This document shows, piece after piece, positions 26,400 through 39,312 of a stretch of DNA of 64,000 bases. Location of the stretch: NCBI RefSeq assembly GCF_006345805.1, contig NC_043007.1, positions 69,378,001 to 69,442,000 of the forward strand, given 5' to 3'. The position numbers and the translations under genes are program-made. Position 1 is the first letter of the stretch; every line of letters starts with the position of its first letter. The notes beneath the pieces are model-generated. The model had not been told where the DNA came from, did not search any database, and was given only the letters and a program-made list of their open reading frames with translations. This stretch comes from Octopus sinensis (lineage: Eukaryota).

Positions 26400-28690
26400 T
26401 GGCGGTGGTGGTGATGATGGTGATGTGGAATTGTTGCTATGATAGTGACGGCAGCGATGGCAGCGGTGGAGGGTGGGGGAGTGCATTTGTGGTGACTGAG
26501 TTTTGAGGTATGATAGTAGAGACAGTAAGGGCGCTGGTAGTAGTGGTGATGTAGTGTTGTCCTGGTGGTAGTTCTGATGGTAGCGGCGGCATTGTGGCGG
26601 CAGGGCAGGTGCGCCGCTGGTGGTGATAGTGGGGGTGTTGTAATATTAGGGGGGGGGGGGTAACTCTGATGTTAGCGGCAGCTTGGCGGCGACGGTATAG
26701 TGGTGGTAGTTTCGATGGTAGCGGTGATATGGTGGCAGCGGTGGTGGTAGCGGCGCTCGTGGTAGTGGTAGTGGTAGCGGCGCTAATGGTAGTGGTAGAG
26801 GTAGCGGCGCTAGTGGTAGTGGTAGTGGTAGCGGCGCTAGTGGTAGTGGTAGCGGCGCTAGTGGTAGTGTTAGTGGTAGCGGCGCCAGTGGTAGTGGTAG
26901 TGGTAGTGGTAGCGGCGCCAGTGGTAGTGGTAGTGGTAGTGGTAGCGGCGCCAGTGGTAGTGGTAGCGGCGCCAGTGGTAGTGGTAGCGGCGCTAGTGGT
27001 AGTGGTAGAAGTAGCGACGCAAGTGGTAGTGGTAGTGGTAGTGGTAGCGGCGCCAGTGGTAGTGGTAGCGGCGCTAGTGGTAGTGGTAGTGGTAGTGGCA
27101 GCGGCGCTAGAGGTAGTGGTAGTGGTAGTGGTAGTGGCAGCTGCGCTAGAGGTAGTGGTAGTGGTAGTGGTGCTGTGATGGTGGGGTTGTTTTAATGTTG
27201 GGGTGGTAGTTCTGATGTTAGTGGCGGTATGGCGATGGTGGTATGGTGACGGTGATAGTTGTAGCTGGTGCGGTTGCAGCGCTAGTGGTAGTGGTGATGT
27301 AGTGATGCTGTAGTGGTAGTTCTGATGAAAGCGGTGGTATGATGGTAGCGGTAGTGGTGGCTGGAGTGGTAAAGATGGGGTAGACAAGGTATTGTCGAAG
27401 GTTGGATTTTGGTAGGGTGGCTGTTGTGATGGTAGTGCTGGTGGTGGTGTCGTGGAGTTTCGGTGGAGTGGTTGCGGTTGTGGTAGTGATTGTGGTGATA
27501 TATATTGAGTTTTAATAGAGTGGTTGTTGTGGTAGCATTGGTGGTGGTGGTGGTGGTGTGATGTGAGTAATGGTGGTGGAGGTGATAGTGGTGGTGGTGG
27601 TGGTGGTGGTATGATGGTAGTGATGGTGGGGTAGTACTGGTGGTGGGTTTGGTGGTATAGGTAATGGTGGAGGTGGTGGTAGTGGTGTTGGTAGTGATGG
27701 TGGTAGAGACAGCGGTCGAGGTGGTGGTGGTTGTCTAAGTAAAGAATGGTATTGGCGGTGGTAAGTACACGTTGGTTGTGTTGATGGCTGTGTTGGACCT
27801 AATGGTGGAGGTGAACTTTTGGTGGGACAGTAGTAGTAGTAGTGGTAGTAGTAGTAGTAGTTGTAGTAGTAGTAGTAGTAGTATAGTAGTAGTAGTAGTA
27901 ACAATAGCAGTAGTAGTGCTGTGGTGGTGGTGGTGTTGTGATAGTAATGTGTTAAATTTGGTACTTGTGGTACTACTGGTAACTTTGGTGTAGAGTTATT
28001 GGTGGTGATGATGGTGGTAGTAGTAGTAGTAGTAGTAGGATTGGTAGACTTAATGGTGGTGATGGTGGTAGCGGTAGTAGTAGTAGTAGTAGTAGGATTG
28101 GTAGAGTTATTGGTGGTAGTAGTAGTAGTGGTGGTGGTGGTGGTGGTGGTGGTGGTGGTAGTGAAAGCGAAGTGGTAGTTGTGGTGATACTAGTTAGTAG
28201 TAGAATTGGTAGAACCACTAGTGGCGTTGATGATGGTATTGATAGTGGTATTGGTAGTGGTAGTTGCGGTGATTAGTACATTTATTATTGTTGCTACTAT
28301 TGTAGTGTATTGTAGTGATTGTGTAGTTAAGAGGTTACTGTTGTGGGGTTGTAGTGGCGGTGGTGTAATGCCAATATTGTTGTGGCTGCAGTATGGTGGT
28401 GGTGGTGGTGGTGCTGCTGCTGCTGCTGGTAGTGGTGGTGGTGGTGTAGTGATGGGACTGTTGTGGTTATCATGGTTGAAGTGGCGGTGTAATGGTAAGA
28501 TTGATGTGATGGTGGTAGTACAATTTAAATGTCGTAGTTGTGGTGGCTGTAGTGGTTGGTATACTATTGAAGCTGTTGTGTTGGTTGTAGTAGTATTTGT
28601 GGTGGTGGTGGTGGCGGCGGCGGCGGTGGTGGTATGGTGGTGGTGGTGGTGGTGGTGGTGGTGGTGGTGGTGGTGGTGGTGGTGGTGTAT
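26400..28690. repeat. (GGT)n/(AGT)n low-complexity block containing an ~18-bp minisatellite gtagtggtagcggcgc(t/c)a (26725-27165)
   Basis: Directly visible. Confidence 0.95.
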
Positions 28691-28865
28691 GAAAGTTCCC
28701 TGAGGTGCCTGTACAGGTGGTAGTGGAGCGCTGATGGAGTGCTGGTGTAATGTTGAGGTGATTGTGATCGGAGTAGTGGCGCAGCGTTGAGACTGCTGTA
28801 GCTGCGGTGGCAGTGGTGATAAGGTTATATCATTGTTATTGTTATTCCAACTATTGTTGTGGTGC

Positions 28866-28995
28866 TCAATCTGGCAGGATCGGTAGAGCGCCAGGCAAAA
28901 TTCTTAGCGACATATCGTCCGTCCTTACGTTCTGCGTTCAAATTCTGCCGAGGTCGACTTTGCTTTTCATCCTTTCGGGGTCGATAAAACAAGTA
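28866..28995 (+). mobile_element. SINE family A, partial
   Basis: ctggcaggatcggtag...gttcaaattctgccgaggtcgactttgcttttcatcctttcggggtcgataaa. Confidence 0.85.
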
Positions 28996-29698
28996 CTAAT
29001 ATTGTAATGGGGTTCATGTAAGCCATCAGTCTCATCCCTGAAAATTTCAGGCCTTGTGCCTTTAGTAGAAAGGATTATTATTCCGGTGCTGATATAAGCG
29101 TCACTATAACCCAAGGTCCGTGATGAACTATTGATCCTTTGATCACAATCATTCCTACCACGACAGTCCCACTTTTTCCTAACGTATTGTGTCTCTCGGA
29201 TCACATTATGCACGTTATTTAATGTGTCCTTCATTTTTATGATGCGGTGATATATTTCCTTCTATTTCTAGAATGATATGCGACCACATAGAGACACCCG
29301 TTGCTTGTGATGACGGTGTCGTCGCGGTGTGGTTGTAGGGATTACTCTTGCTGTTAGTGTTGTTGTTGTTGATGATGATGATGATGATGATGATGACATC
29401 AACGACAACAACAACGAAGATGACGATGATTATAGTCTGCAGGGGTGGGTCCTCGGGTATGAAGTCGGTGATAGTGATGATGATGATTATTGTAGTAATA
29501 AATGGTAATCGCGGTGTTTGTGTTATTACACGTGTTACTTATTAGTGTCATCGTTGTTGTTGTTGTTGTTGATGTTACTTTCGTTGAATGAGTTTGGAGA
29601 AGTATATAAATGTTTATATATATTCATGTGTACATTATACGCATGAGTACAATATACATACACACAGACCCACACACATATATATATATATATAATTA

Positions 29699-29761
<63 letters not shown>

Positions 29762-29870
29762 GAATATGCCCACGAGTGAATATGCTTGAATATGTCTTCG
29801 TGTAAGAATATGTGTTTAAGAATATGGAATGCTTAAGAACAAATTTTTACGCATACACGCATATATGTAT

Positions 29871-29932
<62 letters not shown>

Positions 29933-30469
29933 GGTGAGAAATATTGTTTACGTTATAAAAATTTAGAAACTTGTGGAAACGTGAAATACTTCATTTCTAA
30001 CGGTGGAACTCGTTATAAATAATAATAATGCGTAATTATGAAGTTAAAATACTATCTGCACACACATACACACACATTTATCTATTTATTTATACATACA
30101 TACATACATACATGCATAAATATGTATCGTTGTTAGTGTTTGTGCGTGCACGTGTTGTTTTGCAGGATGACGACTCGGCTAAGTGGTTAAAAAGATGATT
30201 TTCCAAGCATGAGGTCCCGAGGTTCGATCTACTGGCCAGGAGTGATGGGCAAGCATTGAACATAAAATTGGATAGGCGGAAAATGGGAACCTGTAACATG
30301 GATTTTAACTGTAACTGAAAGAGCGTGCCTTGTCACACTCACTGCTTCGTATTGATTCGCCTGAGAATTCCATTTATGCTGCACGTGTTTTGGGGACACT
30401 TTGTTACTTATATACTTCTTCAGTTTAGTTTATATACTACTTCGGTTTAGTTGGTCGAACGACTGGGAT

Positions 30470-30665
30470 CAATTTACTTGCTTTGTGGTCGTATGCTGCA
30501 ACGTTCTGAGTTCAAATTCCGCCGAGGTCGATTTTGCCTTTCATCCTTTCGGGGTCGATTAAATAAGTACCATTTACGCACTGGGGTCGATATAATCGAC
30601 TTAATCCGTTTGTCTGTGCTTGTTTGTCCCTTCTGTGTGTAGCCCCTTGTGGGCAGTAAAAGAGA
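30470..30665 (+). mobile_element. SINE family A
   Basis: gttctgagttcaaattccgccgaggtcg...agccccttgtgggcagtaaa. Confidence 0.85.
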
Positions 30666-31339
30666 TAAGTTACCTTTCTCTTCGATGTGTTCAGGCTTTT
30701 GTTTTGAAGTAGCCTGAATTAGGAATATATGGTTGTTTCGATGCCATGTTTTGTACACACACACGCACACGTGCACACACAGACACATACACACACACAC
30801 GCACACACACACACACACACATGCGCATACATCTATAAGTTCATTGGGGTATATAACCCTGGTGTTTACCATATTGAGCACATCCATGGATAATAGCTAT
30901 CAGACAAAACTATAAACTAGAGATCGTTTGTTCTACAAGACACATACCTGAAAATTCACAAATATCCATAGAGTATTAATAATGACACATATTTTACTGC
31001 TTCAATTTACAACTGTTTCGTCGAAACAATAGTAAATTGAAGTAGTAAAATTAAGGCAGTAAAACTGAAGCAAAAAATCGTAGTAGTAAAGTTAAAGCAT
31101 TAAAATTGGAGCAGTAAAATTAATTTCAATACAATCAGTCTTACGTAATTATGTAATAATTTCTGCAGCTATTGATTCATTTTCATGTGCTATTTAGTGT
31201 TTCTTCCATAATACATATTGAAAATGACTCGTCAGAATAAAGTGAAAAATAAATAATAATATTGTGACAAAATCCGAAATCCACTGAACATGTGCATGCT
31301 AATTTAGGCGTGTCTACATGTGTAATAGAAGCAAATGAG

Positions 31340-32076
31340 TGCCAGGAATCGAATGGGATGAAGGTGGGTTATTGTGTATTTGGTGAATATTCATTTTTGG
31401 ATTGTGTTTTGGCACTTGGTTTCTATCCCACCACCGTGGAGAACGCTTGTTATTGTTGAAAAATATCCATTTCTCATCAAACATAACAACACGATGCAAC
31501 AATGGTTCGCTTTTATGCCTTGACAACAAAGAACAGCAAGTTTCAAGATGCTCGTTCAGTTTGTGTAGTACCCACTTGTCCAGATTCTTTGCCTTGCCGA
31601 TTTGTTTCAAGTGGTCCAATACAGTTGGAATCGGAGCATCAAACCTTGCTGCTAACTCACGCGTAGTTTGAGATGCACCCGCTTCCACCACGGTTTCCAG
31701 CTCATCATTATCCACCTTAGGTTCAGGTCTACCACGGGGCTGATTTTCAAGAATAAAGTCACCAGACCGGAACTTCAAAACCATCGACGTAGAGTGTATT
31801 CATTCGCCACATCTTCACAAACACTTCATTGATGTTTCAAGCTGTCTGGGATATGCAATTGGTTCCACGACGGAACTCATATTCATACACAGCACGAATT
31901 TTTTATCTATCCGTGGGTTCACCAAAATTGATTTACAAGAAAAATTCACAATATAATTAGACACAATGAAATGCATTCCGAAAAGTGATGATGTAATTCT
32001 TCAATGCTGTATAACAAAGAATTGTCAAATGACTGTCACATTTGGGGCATAAGAAAATCGGACCTTAATGACCTGA
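31340..32076 (-). mobile_element. Mariner transposon, 5' half (family 1)
   Basis: Terminal TA|tcaggtcattaagg on the minus strand at 32076. Transposase remnant KFRSGDFILE..GRP...WVLHKL...DEKW, truncated after the first catalytic Asp. Confidence 0.85.
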
Positions 32077-33038
32077 TATAAATGTACACATTCGCGCGTA
32101 GACATCGTCAATAGCTTACTCATTTTCTTTTCATACTAAAAAAAAACATTTTTTATTCATATACTCACACATTTAAAGGAATAATGTTTCTTTCGATACA
32201 CAGCAAACGAATTCAAGGACTGCTCAAATCAAGAAAACATAACTTTGTCACGCACTCTCTTAACATGAGTGCTACTTAGCTAAAGCGCTCCAAAGCTGGG
32301 CCTCACTGTCACCGAAGAGTTCTGGTGAAAGCATACTCTTAGCATAGCTAGGACTACACCCACTTCTCTTTAGAGCTAGAAAATATTTCGACCTCAATAT
32401 TTGCTGATACTCAACAAGATTAAAGTGAGCCTCTCGATAAAATAATGCCTCCGTATCTGGGACGATGCTGCTGGTGGTCATATTGACATCTTTAACGGCA
32501 TCCAAAGACGATCCACTTGATTAATAGATATTCAGTCATTTATAGATACACTTCAGTCTCTAGTCCACAGATGAGATGAAGCCCTGCTCTGTTTTTCCTC
32601 TCTCTACTCTAATGGCCTCTGTTCCTCAGAGCTGATTGGTCTTGCATCTCCACCACTCAGACACCACTGATCCACTGGTATTTCCACGTTTCGTTACTCT
32701 TAGTACGTCCAACCTTTCGGCTCGGAGCTATTTAAATATTAATCCTTTTTCTCCACCACATCGCCCCGCTGGAATCTCCTCCTTGCTATTCACTTTCCTG
32801 AAGGTACTGCTCTGCAACATTTTAAACAAAACCTTATCAGTATCATCTCCGTAATCTCAGAAGGCTTGTCCTTTCCTCCTGACTCAACAAGTAACGAATT
32901 TATACATTGTTACACATACTAACATGACCGTATATACATGCATGCGTACATATACACATACATACATACAGACAGACAAAAAGACAGACATGTGTGAGTG
33001 TGTGTGTGCATGTCTGTCAGTGTGTGTATACATCCACA

Positions 33039-34330
33039 TTGGTTTGGCAACTAAGTTCCCACCGTTTTTTTAAATTTAAATTTTTTAAAAGGTTTAATAA
33101 AAAATAACAACTAATTAATCAATAATGTATTCACTCTTGTTGTTTACAACTTCTTCCCAACGTTCAATAAGATTTTCAATACCTCGTTGGTAGAAATCAC
33201 CCGATTTCGACTCGAAAAATTGATCCAACAAAGCTCTCAATTCTGCATCAGTATTGAACGAAACTCCGCGCATAGCATTTGAAAGAGATCGAAAGAGGTG
33301 GAAATCCGTTGGTGCTAAATCAGGAGGGTACGGTGGGTGTGGCAGCACTTCCCAGCCATGAGTTTAAATGGCTTCCTTGGTCATATTGGCGATATGAGGG
33401 CAGGCGTTGTCGTGCAGCAGAAGAACTCTATGCTGCCGATTAGGTTTTTTTCTCTTGAATAGCCGTGTTGAGTCGTTCCATCTGTTGAACATAGATTTCC
33501 CCGTTGACCGTTTGGTTCCGTTCAAGCAATTCGTAATGGATAATCCCTTTCCAGTCCCACCATACGCACAACATCATTTTACGCGGATGAAGATCTTGTT
33601 TCACACGCGGTGTCGCTTGTTTACCGGGGCGAAGCCATTCCTTACGCTGCTTCATATTGATGTACAGGCACCATTTTTCGTCGCCAGTAACGATTCGGTA
33701 AAGAAATCGTTGTTTGTGTCCATGAGTTGAGCGGTGACGAGCAAACAAACCAGCGGAGATTGTGGCTCGTTGATTTTTGTTGTTGTCACTTAAAGCATGC
33801 GGAACCCATGCTCCATACTTCTGAACCTTTGCCATCAAGTGAAGATGTTTCTCTATAGCAGTGCAGAAGCATTCCATTTTCTCTGCCAGCTCCCCTATCG
33901 TTTGACGAAGATTTTCGTGCAAAAGTTGGTTTAATCGCTCTTTATCGAACTCAACTGGACGGCCAGGACGAGGTGCGTTTTTTAGGTTAATATTTCCATT
34001 TTTGAACTTGGCATACCAATCACGAGCGGTTCTTTCAGCTATGGCACCCTCTCCATACACAGCACAAATGTCGCGAGCAGCTTTTACGGCCTTAGAACCT
34101 TGATTAAAAGCAAAAAGATGGCGGTGTCGAAAATGCTCGTTTTTCTTCACTTGACATTCCATTTTAATGATCCGAAAATAAAGAAAGATTAACTAAAATT
34201 AACTAGAAAAAAATATAGATTCCAAAATGATTCAAAAAATAGAATTCTCGAAAAAAATAGATTCCAAAACTTAAAAACGCAATAAATTCCTAAATTTTAA
34301 AAAACGGCGGGAACCTAGTTGCCAAACCAA
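33039..34330 (-). mobile_element. Full-length mariner (D,D34D-type) element, 1292 bp (family 2)
   Basis: TIRs ttggtttggcaactaagttccc(a/g)ccgtttttt at both ends; right TA at 34331-34332, left TA mutated to CA. Confidence 0.95.
33115..34162 (-). pseudogene. Mariner transposase, disrupted by one frameshift (poly-A near 33445) and one stop
   Basis: MECQVKKNEHFRH...WVPHAL...GDEKW...HDNACPH...PDLAPTDFHLF...YIID*. Confidence 0.95.
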
Positions 34331-34374
34331 TACATACATACATACTACATACATACATACATACATACTGTAAC

Positions 34375-35150
34375 TTGATTTAGAGTAACGTCATCTCTTG
34401 ATTGTTCTCTTAAATATGAACAGCGGGGATATGACTTTTCATTCCTTCTAGAGGGACTTGCACTCTTTTGTGCAGACGTGACAACGATTGTTGTCTCTTA
34501 CTGTAGGTGTTACAATATTTATTGTTTTGGTGAGTCTCCATATGATGTTTCACTCAAACCTTTTGATGCACATATTTTCGACACTTCCTGCAGATGCTGT
34601 ATTATGCATGCTTAACAACTTTCTTGTCTATGGGTTTTTTTCTGATGACTTTGAAAGCCTACCTTACTTAGACAAATACGACCACATTTGTTGACTGTTA
34701 AATAGGTCTGCGTACAAACACACCCAGGCAAATTAACGTTAAGTTCCTCGCCAACATCTCTCTTGCGCTTTTCATTCTCGATACGATTTTATACGAATTC
34801 ACTACTCCCAACATGCACTAATTTCTTCCACTATGAACACCATAGAGGAAGTTTTTTTTTACATTCATTTCCTAAGATTTTTTTTAAATTTCACCAGTGA
34901 ACTTCAGTCTTTATACTTTAATTTGGTTAGTGCACAGGTCTCTTAACATGGGCTAAATCACTTCGGGAACCGATCGTAGGTTTATTACGTTCTAGGATTT
35001 TCAACATCACTTATATACATTTGCCATCGAATCCCTAGTATATGGCGGAGACAATATTTGTGAAATAATTCGTCAAATTAGTCTACTAATTTCTGTCCGT
35101 ATACGTTATTGTTTGGCTTAGAATAAGCTTTACCTGGTGCATTGTACATT
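34375..35150 (-). pseudogene. RTE-like LINE 3' remnant
   Basis: ELFHKYCLRHILGIRWQ (RTE pattern) and a terminal C2H2-like CGRICLSKVGFQSHQKKTH. Confidence 0.65.
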
Positions 35151-35309
35151 AGGACTGTCTTTTTCAGATTGATTGTTTGATTCAATGCGCTGCATATGCA
35201 CGTACATACACACACACGACCCACACACTTACATAATACTTACATACATGCATACATACATACATACATACATACATACATACATACATACATACAGTAA
35301 CATTGTCAT

Positions 35310-35925
35310 GAAGCGGAACATCTGTTGGACTCGTGACATCCACATCACACTTCGAAGGTTATACTTTTGCAATCCAAGAACAAAAGATTGCTTCTAAATA
35401 CCTAATCAACAAAAGAGACAATGAAGCTCTTGGAGTTCCAAAAAGCAACCAAAAATATAGATTATGTCATATTTCTGTGGAAGACATCGCACATTTGATT
35501 AGCAGCTACCCCAAAATGTCATCAAAGTACTACCTTCCTATGCGACACGACGTTGTCGCAAAAACAGTATACAATGCTATTTGTAATATTATGTTGTTCT
35601 ATAATAAATATAGAGAATTCTTTTGTTATTGGTTACGTACACAAATATCACCATAAGGAATGCTGGTGGAACATTTCCAACAAAATATCTGTCAACTATT
35701 AACATAACAGGCCGCATATTGTTGTTTGGGACAGACAAGAAAAAACTATGTACCGTCATAGAGGTTAGCCGTCCTGCTGATGTGAATATCTCTTTGAAAA
35801 TCAAAGAGAAAGAATATATCTATGGACAATTGCTTCGAAGTTCCAGCTTCTATATCTGGATTACAAATTTACATTTATACCAATAATAATTAATGTTTTG
35901 TAAGTAAATACCTAACTGTTAGTCT
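35310..35925 (+). pseudogene. R4/Dong retrotransposon CCHC + RLE endonuclease remnant
   Basis: EGYTFAIQEQKIA...RLCHISVEDIAHLISS.PKMSSKYYLPMRHDVVAK, then DKKKLCTVIEVSRPADVNISLKIKEKEYIYGQL. Confidence 0.8.
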
Positions 35926-37360
35926 GTAGAAGCTTGGATTTTCATAGAAAGAAATCAACCGACTCGTATATTACAAACACAGTAGCAAAACTTTTCTCAT
36001 GTTTAAAATGTGACGTTGTTTTTGTTTTCTATATTACAATGATGGAGCTTTGTATCTTTTTTGAAAGCAGCCCAGGCTTTAAGCTCAATCTCATCCAGTA
36101 CTTAAAGGAAGTAATTGTCCTCCAGGAGTTATTTTATCTGCGGACCTATGAATACGCCCTCCTTCAGATTTGCCTCGGTGATTTTTGGAAATTTGGCCTT
36201 CACATATTCAAAACCTTTTGAGCTTTTCCTGGCAAGTGTCTTCACGAATTGTTTCATGAGGCCAAGTTTTATGTGAAGACGAGGAAGAAGAACATTTTCT
36301 GGGTTTAAAAGTAGCTTACTCTAAACGCTAGAAACTCCCGGGTCATATGATTTTCGCAAAGGCCACTCTGATTGCACATAGTGCATGTTAGTTGCATGAC
36401 TGTCCCATAGGTATAAAAAGCAACAATATTTTGTGAACCCAGATTGCATTCCCATAAACATTCCAATCACCTTGAAGTATCCACATATTTTCCAGCAGTA
36501 GTTTGTATACTTTATGGCATTGAGGAGTACTTGCATGTTTTCATAACACTGCTTCACGAGCACTGAATGTCCTATAGAAATGGATAGTTTCTTATTGCTA
36601 TTGTGTAGTAGTACTGCCTTGAAGCTTCTCTTAGATGACTCAATGAATAAGCGCCATTCAGCTGGAACATGCTCTTGGAACAAAGAGCGAAATAACTCAT
36701 CAGTGTTATTACTGAAACAAAGTGGTCCATCAATAGAGAAGCATGAAGTCAGATCCCTATTTCTCTTCCTGAAATGAGTAATACAAACATCTTTCTTAAG
36801 CAGACCCTTTGCTAACTAAATCATTTAACTCTCCTTGAGAAAATTTCTATGGTACGTCTTCATTTTCAATCATGAAATCTGCATCCACTTCGGTGTCTTC
36901 CACAGCAGTAGTATTTTCTTCAGGAAATACATATTCGTCAGACATCTGAAGGCCATTTTCTGGTGGTATTGGAATAGAAAGATCATCATCATTGTGTGGT
37001 ACTGGTCTTCTTGCTGATTCCATTAACGTTGCAGAAATAATAGTCCATGAAATGATCCTTTGGCTCTCTCCATATCATAGGTATTGCAAACGGCATTGCT
37101 CTCTTCCTCTTATTTATCCAATCCCTTAGTCCATTTGAACAAGCTGAGCAGATGATGTGCGGGGCCCAACTGTTATCTTGTTCCCCGAGAGAGCAGCTAA
37201 AGTATAACTGGTAAATCTTCTTGATTTCACTTGTGATGGCATGTTGCTGAGCTTTGGTGGTAAATGAACCACAGACATGACAAAATATATCAGGACTGTT
37301 CTTGCAATGCCTTGAGATCCTGAGTAGAATTTGATGATGATGACTTGGCACCTTAAACAG
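35925..37360 (-). pseudogene. Chapaev3 (CMC superfamily) DNA transposase remnant
   Basis: Chapa domain CKNSPDIFCHVCG...SWAPHIICSAC...MPFAIPMIWREPKDH..DYYFC and core WRLFIESSKRSFKAVLLHN...KYCCFLYLWDS...HIKLGLMKQFVK; frameshifted. Confidence 0.85.
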
Positions 37361-39100
37361 AAAGTAAAATTTATGAAATGAAAAGATTATGAAAACATAA
37401 AATTACGAAATGAATACAAATAGTTATAAAACAAAAGTCGGAATTTACCAGTATAAGACGTTTATGTGTAGCAATACTGCTGATGGGAGTTATATACCTC
37501 TCTTATCTCATCAGAAAAACTGTGCCTGGTAGAAGGAAACCCATTACATTTTTGAAATCTGCGGACAAAACTACATATAAAACACCATATAATATCCCTG
37601 ATGAATATTGGCTGTTGACCAGTGTAGTAAATAATGCATCATCAGGATTTGAACCCACAATCTATGAACAAGTTATCCAGTATCTTTTACGTGCAGTTAC
37701 CTGAACTCAACGATAGTCACATACATAAACGCATAGACACACATATGCACACGAGACATATTTACGTGATTACCGTACTTACCGGAAATAGTTACTAAAA
37801 TCTCCTTTCAATCACACTTTTGCGTCTTATTTATTTAAAAACCTCAGCAGTGGATTTCCAGATGAAGTGAAGCAATTCTATTGTTCTCTGAAGTAAACCA
37901 AAAAATAATTGTGAATCTATTTATAGATCTACTTCGCGATAAATTGTCCTTCATTCCTTCATCAGAGAAGATATTTAATAGCAGCTTATCAGGAAGTAAC
38001 ATTAACAGCTGTACTGTTTTGCATGTAATGCGTGAGTCAGCCACGAAATAATATACTTTGATAACACAGTGTAATTGTAGCAGAAGAATGGCGGAACATT
38101 TTCCCTATAAGTAAATATATATAGTGGTATATGTTCTATACGAGTATATTTCCAATAATCTTTCTATTCATTAAAGGGAACAATAGAGTGTTTTAACATC
38201 ACCTGGGTGAGGTTTGCAAATAAGTAACTGTTGAGTTATCTACATCACACATGTTTCAGATCTTTTGAATTACTTAATGTATGCATGTACCGTAAATCAT
38301 CTCTTAAATATAGAATAGAAGTTTTTTGACATATGACACAAGCTGTAAGAGGCGGTTGAGATTCAGGTGTTCGAGGTCATGACATACATACATACATACA
38401 TACATACATACATACATACATACATAAATACATACATACATACATACATACATACATACATACATACATACATACATACATAAATACATACGTACGTGCG
38501 CACATACACACATACATATATATACAGCAATACAGAAAATGTAACAGGTATTTTATGCTTTATATAATGTACACGTCTTCCAGTAAGTTGGCTACCGTTA
38601 TTACGTAAGCTAGCTAGCCCTATTATGTAACAGCAGATGACTCTTTTCCTCGCGATTATCAGCAAAAACACAGCATGAAGAAAAATGCATGCTCATATAT
38701 TCATCAGTATGCAGATTAAGTACCATCTGGTTATTATAATAGAGGTTGAAGGAAGTAAGAGCATGGAATGTGTGAGGAAGGAGTGTAACAGAGTAAAGAT
38801 CGGAAGAATAACAAAGCCACACACCCAACCACACGCATACTTCAGTGCTCCCCTACTCACACACATCGCATACGCTCACAACTGAGTTAGTGGATATAGT
38901 TCCATTTCCAGCTGTTTCTTCCTCTCTCAAAATGGAGCTCGAGTTTAAAGAAGGTGGGATATAGACAAGTGTAAGCACATATAGATGTGTAAAAACATGC
39001 ATATATTCCTACATCTATAGCATACACAAACATACACATATATGTATAATTTATATATATGTATATATTAGTATATACATATATATATACATACACACAC

Positions 39101-39138
<38 letters not shown>

Positions 39139-39272
39139 AAAATAGTAAGTGTGTGAAAAAACGACAGAAGGCTTAAATGTTAAAAAATATATATATTTGT
39201 GTCAAAATGTCTGGAGAATATTGGAAAAATTTTTTTCCTTTCCTTAAAATGACATAATTTTAAAAATTTTTA

Positions 39273-39312
39273 AAGAAATTACCGGTTTCGCGTGTAGCTT
39301 TTCAAATTTCTT
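39273..39312 (-). ncRNA. Minimal type-I hammerhead motif, U3:A8 variant (inverted-arm copy)
   Basis: Reverse complement of 43274-43313. Confidence 0.65.

Noticed and set aside
26437-27387. 316-aa Thr/Ala-rich mucin-like ORF on the minus strand
   Set aside because: It lies wholly in an ACC/ACT-rich strand where stop codons are compositionally rare; there is no signal peptide, domain or splice evidence.
30990-31125. ~14-bp degenerate repeat (aattgaagcagtaa) with a short inverted copy
   Set aside because: Short, low-complexity and without diagnostic termini.
32250-32880. Possible LINE APE-endonuclease remnant (RLDVLRVT on minus)
   Set aside because: It looks TE-derived, but the motif match is too decayed to assign a family.
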